A DNA stretch of 63,431 nucleotides, filler included, from Octopus bimaculoides (lineage: Eukaryota), in the NCBI RefSeq assembly GCF_001194135.2. It is 8 parts of 8 records of this genome, joined end to end, with 100 filler letters (N's around TTAATTAATTAA, not from the genome) between each part and the next. Parts side by side here need not be neighbours in the genome. Positions count along the whole stretch, not along the records: positions 50,649 to 58,656 come from NC_068988.1; positions 58,757 to 60,825 come from NC_068994.1; positions 60,926 to 63,431 come from NC_069008.1; 5 more parts are not named here. The stretch is one strand, 5' to 3'. Under the pieces are notes generated by a model. That model was not told the DNA's origin. It made no database searches and saw only the letters and a program-made list of their open reading frames with translations. Shown here piece after piece: positions 53,728 through 63,431 of the stretch. The position numbers and the translations under genes were made by a program. Numbering within the stretch: position 1 is the first letter of the stretch; each line of letters opens with the position of its first letter.

Positions 53728-53807
53728 ATATTTTGTTTGTGGACAACTATATTTTCTATATTTTGTTTGTGGAAACTATATTTTCTATATTTTGTTTGTG
53801 GAAACTA
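53728..53807 (+). repeat. ~29-bp tandem repeat, ~2.7 copies
   Basis: atattttgtttgtgga(c)aactatattttct repeated. Confidence 0.8.
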
Positions 53808-54439
53808 CGCTAGGTAAAGTCTCGAAGGTAAGAAGCGAATGTCTGATATTTTCTTGACGTATGTCGCGATACTTACTTTTGATGAACCAACATATTATTT
53901 CTGTTTTGTTGACAGGTGAGATCTACAAAATAAAGGCCGTGGTTTGCCGCAGAACTGTTAAGTGTTTTGTTTTCCATTTCCGCATGGTTGTCCGCCATTA
54001 TATGTGCATAAACCAAAAAAAAAAAAAAGAATCTCCACTTATTGTATTTCTTCTTCAGTATTTTCTTTCTTTCCTTCCTTCCTCCCTTCCTTCCTTCCTG
54101 TAATTTTTCCCATCATTCATTTATTTATCCACTCAATCTTCTTGTTGATTTATTTAACAATTTCTTTACTTATTTGTTTGTCTCCTTATATCCTTCCCAT
54201 AATCCCATTTTCTCTGCTACCGTCGCCTCTTCCTCCGTCCCTTCCTCCTTAGGTCTCCTTCTTTTCCTTCCACCTTCTCTTTATGCTCTTCCTCCTCCTC
54301 CTCCCCCTTCCTCCTCCACCCTCCCCCTCCTCTTCTGTGTGTATTTTTCTGCCATTTATCAATCTTTGCATAAATGAAACCATCCATCATACTTCCACAG
54401 TTCACCATTTCAGCATTATACACAGATGAGCACTTCCTT

Positions 54440-55400
54440 TCAGCTTGGTTGGGCATGCCTGCTGTCTTTGTGGTCGTTGTTGTTATTGTTATTGTCCTCG
54501 TCAGAATCGTTGTTCTTCTTGTTGTTCTTGTTCTTGTTGTCGTCGCCCATGTTATTATTGATGTCCTTCCAGTTGTTGTTCTTGCTGTGATAATCGTCGT
54601 CGTTATTGGTGTTCTTCTTGTTTTTCTTGTTTTTCTTCTTCTTCTTCTTCTCCTCTTCTTCTTCTTCTTCTCCTCCTCCTCCTCTTCTTCTTTTTCTTCT
54701 TGTTCTTCTTCTCCTCTTCTTCCTCTTCTTCTTCCTCTTCTCCTCCTCCTCCTCTTCTTCTTATTCTTCTTCCTCTTCTCCTCCTCCTCCTCCTCCTCTT
54801 CTTCTTCTTCTNNNNNNNNNNNNNNNNNNNNNNNNNNNNNNNNNNNNNNNNNNNNNNNNNNNNNNNNNNNNNNNNNNNNNNNNNNNNNNNNNNNNNNNNN
54901 NNNNNNNNNNNNNNNNNNNNNNNNNNTCCTCTTCTTCTTTTTCTTCTTCTTCTTCTCCTCCTTTTTCTTCTTCTTCTCCTCCTCGTCCTCTTCTTCTTTT
55001 TTTTCTTCTTCTTCTTCTTCTTCTTCTTCTTCTTCTTTTTCTTCCTCCTCCTCCTCCTCCTCCTTGTTTTCATTCTTGATCTTTTCCTCTTATTCTTTTG
55101 TTTCTAGTTCTTCTACTACTACAACCACTACCACTACTACTACTACTACAACCACTACCACTACTACTACTACTACCACCACCTCTACTACTACTACTAC
55201 CACCTCTACTACTACTACTACCACCACTTCTACTCCTGCTACTTCTACTACTACCACTACCACCTCTGCTACTAATACGGCTTCTGTTGTCGTTGTTCGT
55301 TGCTAATGTTCTTGCTGTTGTTGCTAATGCGGCCTCGCCAATGTTGTTGCTCTTCGTATTATCGTTGTTGTTTGTTGTTAATAAATGATGTTGTTGTTAA
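54440..55400. repeat. Compound (GTT)/(CTT)/(CCT)/(ACT)n low-complexity region
   Basis: Directly visible trinucleotide mosaics. Confidence 0.9.
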
Positions 55401-56429
55401 TGACGTCATATTGTTGTATTCCTTGGTTTCAGCCCCGCTCTAAGCATCTTCAGCAAGCATCTTCTACTATAACCCCCGATTGATCAATGCCTTGTGAATG
55501 AATTCAGTAAGCGGAAACTGCGTAGAAGCCCGTCGAATATATGTACATATTTGTATGTGTACGTCAGTGTTTGTGTGCATCTCTTTGTGTTTGCCCCAAC
55601 CACTTGACAATCGTTGTTCACTTACATCCTCGTAAATTAGCGGTTCGGCAAAAGAGACCGATAGATCGGTAGAGTTATTCCCAAGCTTTAAAAATATTTA
55701 CTGGGGTCGATTTGTTCGACTAAAACAATTCAAGGAGGTGCCCCAGCATAGCCTCAGTTCAATGATTGAAACAAGTAAAATATAAAAGATAAAAGTTACG
55801 TAAATCATAACTCTACCTTTGCAATATAAGTCATTGCAATAGTAGAACAAACAGTTTTCTTTGAGGAAGATCATCACTAACGAAGCCTATCAACACACCT
55901 GTTGTTGTTTGTCTACATTTCAACCACATAGGTATAGACAGATGTTTATATAATGTTTCGTAATTTGGTAGCTTTGATAGTTAGAAGCTCATATTATATT
56001 CAGACGTTGACCATATATGTAAATGAACACACATACGTATACACAGATATAACATACATAATATACATACAAAGACGCATAGTAACGTATTCTGTCTGGG
56101 ATATTCATGGTTAAAATGTTCAGTATTATAAAATATATTTAAATATTAATCACATGTGTAGGCAAATACGTACGTTAACTTACAATTCATACATATACGG
56201 ACATAAGAACACAGTATGTTTTAAGAAGAACAGTCGTATAAAATATAATTAAATATTAACCTATTATGCTGACAAATACGGTTATAGAGAGTATATATTC
56301 AGTAGCAGAATAGATCTGAAATATTGGTGGCTGTCATAGTTAGTAGTATATAATATATCTAAATTCTAAGCGGTAATATACCTTATTTGCAGACAACTTG
56401 TAGATACGAGTTCTACCAGTACGAGTACT

Positions 56430-56750
56430 ATTCGAAAGCTTCGAATACCGGAGAAAATCCACGCCGTTTCGGGGGTCTTCTTTTCGACGGCATTATTGCG
56501 TACTGCCTCACCCCATCACTGACATGAGTCTCCACTCGTTAAATCAACTGGTTACTAGACTTCACTCTATACTCTTCTAGCCGTTGCTCGTCGTCTCTTT
56601 TTAACCAAATCCAGTAACTTACCTTTCCCACTGTAGCCCGAATGTCATTCACGATGGTATTTGCTTTACGCTGAGTTAGCCCTAGCAATAACAAGCATCG
56701 CCTCATATTTAAATACTTCCCACATATATTAGACAAATGTATTGACATAC
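56430..56750 (-). mobile_element. Hero/NeSL-like (REL endonuclease) non-LTR element 3' relic
   Basis: RRCLLLLGLTQRKANTIVNDIRATVGKVSYWIWLKRD matches the ...S.WIW.KR C-terminus of REL-type elements. Confidence 0.5.
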
Positions 56751-56847
56751 AAAGAGTTAAATAATCCTTTCTATTATACTGCTAAGTATTTCGCTCGGCG
56801 TGCTAACGTTGGAGTCTATTAATATTAAAGAGATCACTAAGGCGGTG

Positions 56848-56880
<33 letters not shown>

Positions 56881-57889
56881 NNNNNNNNNNTGTGTGTGTG
56901 TGTGCATCGGACTTCTTTCAGTTTCCGTCTACCAAGTCCTCTCACAAGGCTTTGGTCGACCCGAAGCTATAACAGAAGACACTTGCCCAAGGTGTTATGT
57001 AGTGGGACTGAACCTGAACCATGTGGTTGGGAAGCAAACCGCTTACCACACAGTGACTCCTACCTATTTCTCTATATAACTCCAATAGATATATTTATAC
57101 TATATTGAATTTTATACTATATTATGTAATAAATAAAAGATATATTTTATACTAGTATTATGGGAAAGAAATTGTGTTGTTATGCGCATACGTGTGTATG
57201 TGAATATATTATAACTCTTCAAGAACATATTTTGGTAGAAACGAGTTTTTTATTGATGTTCTACTATAAAAAAAAATAATAAGGAAGACCATTTACGCCA
57301 GCAAAGTGTGAGAGAGTCAATGTTGCTTGAAATACTCTATTCCAGAAGAAAAGAATGCATTGTCATTTGTGTCTAGAACTGCCTTTGATCATTGGTTTTG
57401 TCTGATCTATCAGTACTGACCCTAGGTTAAGCAACAACAACAACAACAACAACAACAATAACAGCAGCAGCAGCAGGAATATTAATGTGGGTTTTGTTTT
57501 ATAGGTCTCTGCTGATAGGTCTTTCCGAAAGACATTTCACAATCGCGACTCCTTCATTAAAGAGTTTCATTGCATTTTCTCAACAGAACTTTTCTTTTCT
57601 ATATTATCGCCCCCACTAACTTATAACCACCACCACCGCCGTCCCGCCGCCGCCACCACCACCTCCTAAAGTTATTGACAATCTTCAAAGCTTTGTTGTA
57701 ACCCACAATTGAGTGTCACGTTTAGATGTGATGTTGATGCTGCTAAAACTGACAGTCCTCCTGGACTGCATCCAGAAAAGGGCCACACTCCTTCACTGAC
57801 ACACGCTCAAGCCACTAGCCCGAAATTACGATCTTTCCCCTTCCCTCTTTCCCTCTCACCACCTCTCTTTCTCTCTCTCCTCCCCCCTC

Positions 57890-58330
57890 TCTCTCATTTC
57901 TCTACCAGTCTATATTGGCTGCTGCTCCTTCTCAGAACCAGGTGGATTCATGTCACATTCTCTCTGGCACTTGCAACTCACTCGTCTCTCCCCTTTCCGC
58001 TCCTCTAGTTAATTTCAAGCATGAAATAACATCATCACCAAAATCCCTCATCCCAACAGCGTATTGTTTGAGAGGACAGCCTCCCTCTCCTGTCGCCAGC
58101 TAGGGATTAAAGAAGATGAAGAAAATATCCAACCCACCTCTAGGCCTCGCACTAACCATTATGTCCAGCCCTTCACTCCCAGAGCATCGGCCCTCTGGAA
58201 TTTCCTCATATCTTTTCTATAGCATTTACTAACAAATGTTCACGAGGAACATTATATCATAGATCTCCCTGGTCTAGCAAGGATTATAAATATCATGAGC
58301 ACTGCCCAGAGCAAGACGCTTAATTCTTGA
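57890..58330 (+). mobile_element. CR1/L2-group LINE 3' relic
   Basis: RPRTNHYVQPFTPRASALWNFL resembles the conserved SF.PRT..LWN.LP C-terminal motif. Confidence 0.45.
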
Positions 58331-58814
58331 GAAAAATATTCCATTTTACATTACTCCAATCCACTCAACCGGAAAAAAATGAGTATTCCTGCGATGGGCC
58401 GGCGTCCCTCACTGTTGGGTGTATATATACGCCAAAGAATCCAGGAGATCGGTTCTAAGGATCTTCATCACTCGGAAAGGAACTCAATCCTTGTTTTAAT
58501 CATCTAAGCTACCAGATTCATTGAGTAAATGGTTATGTATTCCATTTATCCTTAACGCAATTGTCTGGCTAAATCACCGTCGCAGAATTGTGACAAGGCT
58601 GGCTTTTTGAATCACTGGTACAATGTACACAGTTTCCCCTTATTCAATTTTCACACNNNNNNNNNNNNNNNNNNNNNNNNNNNNNNNNNNNNNNNNNNNN
58701 TTAATTAATTAANNNNNNNNNNNNNNNNNNNNNNNNNNNNNNNNNNNNNNNNNNNNATATATATATATATATGTATATGTATATATGTATATATATGCAT
58801 ATGTATATATGTAT

Positions 58815-58854
<40 letters not shown>

Positions 58855-60166
58855 TTGACGGATGTATTTTGTCGCAGTGTATGCATCAGGGAGAGATGCA
58901 ACAAAAAAATGTGAACGCTAAACTAGAAACACGATATAAATTTTTTTTTATATTACAGATAAACTTTGCTTTTTCTTTGCTTCAAGTTTATTGCAGGATG
59001 TCATTCATTGAATGGCATGCCAACATGATAGTATTTCAATAGTAACGAGTTTTTACGATATAGCATGCCTCTGAACTTCCTGCTGGTTTTAAAAATCCAG
59101 CTGATTTTAATGTTTATATCCGGCCGTCAGTAAGGTGCTGTATCTTTACTGTCATTTACAAAGTATTTTTCAATATTTTCATATGATATCACTTTTATCA
59201 AATAGATAGCATAAAGTTCGCTAAGAGGATTTTACGATGATGATGGCCGTTGAAATCAACTGGTCAACATTATAAATGTTTGGAGTAAGGTATATATACA
59301 CTTTAAAAAACTATTTAAAATATATGAATATATAGTTTAATACTGTACAAGTCTATACTGAAACCATCAATACTTTTATCCTTCAGTAGCAAAACATATT
59401 TTGATCATGACGTTGTATGACGGTTCTCCAGGTTTCTGAACGAGTGAGTGAGTTGTATATGCGCATTTTAAAACATAATACGGTTAGACCAATATAGTTC
59501 TTTGCGTTACTGTAAAAACAACTTTAGCTTCATAAACTAAAAGTTTTGTAAATCTCATACCAATAAGAAGCAAGTGGGGCTCATTGTGAATACTTCTCTT
59601 AATGTAAAGGTATTTATCTGCGGACATTTGCTACAATCATGACAGTTTTAACAAAAATGACATAAAAGTCTGTTATAATGACATCGACAGGGAATAATGT
59701 AGAGCACAGTCCATCTCAATGTAACTGTAATGTAGAACAATATCAAAAATTTTTCCTTTAATTTCCACCAAACAAATCGACTCAAGACTTCGGCCCGAGG
59801 CTACTAGAAGATACCCATCAAGGTTCCACCCTGTGGGACTGAATCTAGAACTATGTAGCTGAGAAGCAAACCTCTTACCACACAGACAAGCCTGCGCCTA
59901 TGATGTCAGCATCTGATCAGAGTCGAATGGAAACAGTCTTTGGAACGTTGCTCTGTGTTTTTGCGTATTGATTCAGAATCAAACTTTTTATCATGGCCAG
60001 GCGATTGAAGGAATTTTTACTCTGTTAAAAGATCTATCGAAAATAAATTATGAACCATTTGTAAAAATTACTCTTTTCCGCTGTTTCCTATTCTAAGTCT
60101 TTTGGGCCCATTCTGTACATACGTGTAAGTTTATTCCATCAATATATATTGCATTGAAGGCGGCGA

Positions 60167-60370
60167 GCTGGCAGAAACGTGAGCATGTCGGGCGAAATGC
60201 TTAGCGGTATTTCGTCTGTCTTTACGTTCTGCGTTCAAATTCCGCCGAGCTCGACTTTGCCTTTCGTCCTTTCGGGGTCGATTAGTTAAGTACCAGTTGC
60301 GTACTGGAGTCGATCTAATCGACTAGCCCCTCCCTCCAAATTGTGAGCCTTGTGACTAGAGTAGAAAAGA
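60167..60370 (+). mobile_element. tRNA-derived SINE family A, representative copy
   Basis: aaggcggcgagctggcagaaacg...ttagcggtatttcgtc...gttcaaattccgccgag...aagtaccagttg. Other copies at ~1-160, 4340-4735(-), 5410-5610(-), 20698-21170, 23080-23570(-), 23800-24060, 26726-27190, 33816-33878, 41240-41600(-), 48915-49125(-), 52455-52645, 52825-53000(-), 60475-60620. Confidence 0.85.
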
Positions 60371-60637
60371 ATATATAATAAATAATATAACGGCGTGATG
60401 ACGATTGAATTCTTAGATATCGGGAATATAACTGACACTGCTAATTCATCATTTCTGTATTTAGATATGTATTTAAGGCGGCGATCTGGTGAATCGTTAA
60501 CACGCCGGGCAAAACGATAAGGGGCACTTCATCCATCTTTACGTTCTGAGTTTAAATTCCACCTTTCGGAGCGCGATAAGTTAAGTACCAGTTGAATACT
60601 GGGATCAATGTAATAGGCTTACCAGCACCACCACCAC

Positions 60638-60688
<51 letters not shown>

Positions 60689-61084
60689 TATGATGATATC
60701 TCCACAATGTGTTGATGATGAGAAAAACATGTAATCGTTACCAATATAGCAAGAGATTTCACCGCAAAAAGTCTAAAAATTAAGTGAACCATTTGAACAC
60801 ACTTTCATTTCCTGCCGTAGTTTATNNNNNNNNNNNNNNNNNNNNNNNNNNNNNNNNNNNNNNNNNNNNTTAATTAATTAANNNNNNNNNNNNNNNNNNN
60901 NNNNNNNNNNNNNNNNNNNNNNNNNCGTTTGACTCCTTGTGGGTTGGCAGAAGCGCCCCTGAGATGAGAAAGGAATCTTCGTTTCCGAATACCAATACCA
61001 ATCCACCATAAACACACACACCACACACACACACACACATCACTCCAGCATGGCCGCGGTGTAATGACTGAAACATAAAAGAAC

Positions 61085-61275
61085 CACCACTTCCACCGCC
61101 ACCACCACCTCTCTAGCTACTACTACTACTACCACCATCACACCACCACCACCACCACTACTACCACCACTGTCACCACCATCACTACTACTACTACTAC
61201 CACCACCACAATCACTACCACTACTACCACCACCACCATTACTTCTGCCACTCCTCCCACCACCACCACTGCTAT

Positions 61276-61311
<36 letters not shown>

Positions 61312-61364
61312 AAGTAATCGTTCTATCACCATTACTACTACTGCTACCACCACCACCACCACCT

Positions 61365-61401
<37 letters not shown>

Positions 61402-61470
61402 AATAGATATCAATATCACCACTACCACTACAACCAACTCTATCATTACCACTGCTACTGCTACTACGAG
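61085..61470. repeat. (ACT)/(ACC)n compound microsatellite
   Basis: Directly visible. Confidence 0.9.
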
Positions 61471-61684
61471 AGTGGGCTGTAGGTCAGTAGTTGATTTATC
61501 AGTTCAAATGGAGGCCGAGTGCGGGCTTGCCTCCCAGGTATCAGCTTTAAGAAACTGTTATCAGTTCTCTTTTACCTACATACACACCTACATGGCTCTC
61601 TCTCTCCCCCATCCGTCCCCTCTCTCTCACCATATATGTATAAATGTGTGTGTGTGTGTGTGTATACACATGAGTGTATGCATG

Positions 61685-61717
<33 letters not shown>

Positions 61718-62078
61718 CACAAATATATGTATGTATGTACATGTATGTATTAGCACAAGCATGTTTCTATATATATGCAGGTATATATACATATATACAT
61801 GTATACGTATAAATCTATGTTTGTGTGTGTATATCTATATATGGCTGTTCATGATATATATATGTAGTCCTACCTTTGATTTATATACACGCACACTCTC
61901 ACCACACTCACATTTATTCACATAAATACTACATATATATATATGTATATAATTCTATGTATATATATGTGTGTGTGTGTATATAATTGTATATATATAT
62001 ATATATAATATATGCATCATATCTGTATATATATATATATATATACTTTATTTAAAAGCAGCAGAAATATAACAAAAG

Positions 62079-62118
62079 ACTGTTACTCTGAGTTTCACGT
62101 TCCCGTTCATCGGACAGT
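62079..62118 (-). ncRNA. Type I hammerhead ribozyme, inverted partner of 62129-62174
   Basis: Reverse complement reads ACTGT-CCGATGA-ACG ggaa CGT-GAAA-CTC a GAG-TA|ACAGT. Confidence 0.75.
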
Positions 62119-62128
62119 TTTTTCTAAC

Positions 62129-62174
62129 AAAACTGTCCGATGAACGGGAACGTGAAACTCAGAGTAACGGTTTT
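62129..62174 (+). ncRNA. Type I hammerhead ribozyme, variant core CCGAUGA
   Basis: AAAACTGT-CCGATGA-ACG ggaa CGT-GAAA-CTC a GAG-TA|ACGGTTTT. Stem I 8 bp (one G-U), stem II with a GNRA loop, stem III 4 bp with a 1-nt loop, GUA triplet. Confidence 0.75.
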
Positions 62175-62953
62175 TTTGTTATATTTCTGCTGCTTTTAAA
62201 TAAAGCCTATTACTCTACCTCTGGTATTTGAGTACTCTTTTTTCCACCTTGTTGCACATTTCATGTGCTTACTCCGGTATATATATATATATATATGTAT
62301 GTATATAATGTAAATGCATTATACACGTACACACACACATGCACATATATGCTCGTATGTATGTATATGTAAATATATATATATACATACCTACAAACAC
62401 ATTTACACAAACATACAGGCGCACGCGCATAACAACACGCGACCTCTATCGGGCTGTTGTCATCATAATCTTGTTTATATCTTACAATTACTGTTTGATT
62501 TTGTATTATCGTTAAACTAGACTTTAAGTTTTTGAAACACACACGCACCGTACATATATATGTACCCTACATATATATATGAGTCCATATATATATATAT
62601 ATATATGTTGCGTATATATGCATATGTGTATGTATGCATAAATGTGTTTTTGTATGTGTGTATCTGTATATACATACATATAAACATATATATACATATA
62701 TATACATATACATATATATATATATATATACTCACGCACACATATACATACATATATACACATACATATATATAATGTATATATATGTATATATATATGT
62801 CTGTGTGTATATGTTTATATGTGTGTGTATATATATATAAGTGTATGTATGTATCCTTTCCCGAGCGTCCAATAACACTATCCGTATCACGTCCTCACTT
62901 TGTTGATTTTTTGAACTTAGATATATATATATCTATCTCAGCACACTTCTCAC

Positions 62954-63008
62954 TGATAACGGGATACATCAACCCGCTCCTATTATCAGTGCGGCGTGTG
63001 TCGGCCAT
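62954..63008 (-). CDS. Candidate first coding exon of an unrecognised minus-strand gene
   Basis: CpG-rich unique segment, strong Kozak context (caacgATGG), reads MADTRRTDNRSGLMYPVI+1 nt, donor A|GTGAGA. No homology recognised. Confidence 0.35.
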
Positions 63009-63381
63009 CGTTGATAGGCGGGAACAGAAGCGGTTAACGGACGGAGTGGCGGTGTAGATCGGGCTGTGAAGAACAGTGGCGAGGGGAGGTAAATCTTCTC
63101 CACCGCCTCTGTGGCCCTATCTCTCCGACGAAATACTTGTCTTAAGGGGCAAATGAACTTTGTCAAGTTGTTCTTTGCTGTTTTTTGTGGGGGTTTTTTT
63201 CTTCGTCAGAATTGTTCTTCTCTGACTACTTGTTGTTGTTGTTGTTGTTGTTGTTCATGTTATTTTCACTGTTGCTGTTGTTGTTGTTGTGCTCAGAAGT
63301 TGAAGAGTTTTTATTTTTTAAAAAATCTGAAAATAAACATGCGCTTGTTGATGATGTTGGTAGAAGTGATGATGATGATGA

Positions 63382-63430
<49 letters not shown>

Positions 63431-63431
63431 G

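Larger units (their letters stand above)
62046..62277. mobile_element. Short palindromic hammerhead-bearing repeat (Penelope-like terminal repeat or retrozyme-like) within (TA)n
   Basis: ~76 bp arms (62046-62121, 62129-62205) around a 7-nt loop, then a ~70 bp unique tail. (TA)n-rich on both sides. Confidence 0.6.

Noticed and set aside
53911-54000. ttgttgacag|GTGAGATC as PDI exon 3
   Set aside because: The translation GEIYKIKAVVCRR has no similarity to the expected GR...WLKK.TGP.
60745-60775. 31-nt minus-strand exon-like segment (and an 11-nt one near 52700)
   Set aside because: Good splice signals, but a stop or phase conflict with the preferred first exon. They show how easily chance exons arise.
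3729-60881. Recurring TTAATTAATTAA motifs inside N runs (3729, 19055, 22313, 35771, 50593, 58701, 60870)
   Set aside because: Identical 12-mer centred in ~100-N gaps with stops in all frames. A scaffolding tag, not biology.
60950-61000. CTGAGATGA...TTTCCGAA and (59235-59270) ATGATGA...GAAA as hammerheads
   Set aside because: The cores are non-canonical and there is no stem I pairing.
612-63057. Most ORFs in the supplied track (poly-YI, CV, HT, N, D, R, S, T, V and X-filled)
   Set aside because: Translations of microsatellites or N gaps, with no coding signature.

Overview
Eukaryotic, AT-rich draft-assembly window, dense in microsatellites and SINEs, with many N gaps (seven carry an artificial TTAATTAATTAA tag). 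The repeat families and style suggest a cephalopod (Octopus-like) genome; this is inference. The only confidently recognised gene is a protein disulfide-isomerase (PDIA1/P4HB-like) on the + strand. Only exons 1-2 are visible (41950-42097, 49747-49941; signal peptide and WCGHC active site), and they follow an ER-stress-element-like promoter. A chain of phase-compatible candidate exons on the - strand (63008 to 405) may encode an unrecognised ~210 aa type II membrane protein, but this model is speculative. The rest is mobile DNA: several tRNA-derived SINE families, a young Tx1/L1-clade LINE, RTE, CR1 and Hero/NeSL-like LINE relics, three DD37D (maT-type) Tc1/mariner relics, a Ty3/gypsy pol relic, a Penelope-like GIY-YIG relic, and MITEs. 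The most notable hidden structures are (i) four minimal type I hammerhead ribozymes with variant cores in short (TA)n-associated repeats, two of them head-to-head in a ~160 bp palindrome, and (ii) a 175 bp fold-back MITE with a perfect 8 bp TSD whose interior is inverted TTAGGG telomeric repeats.
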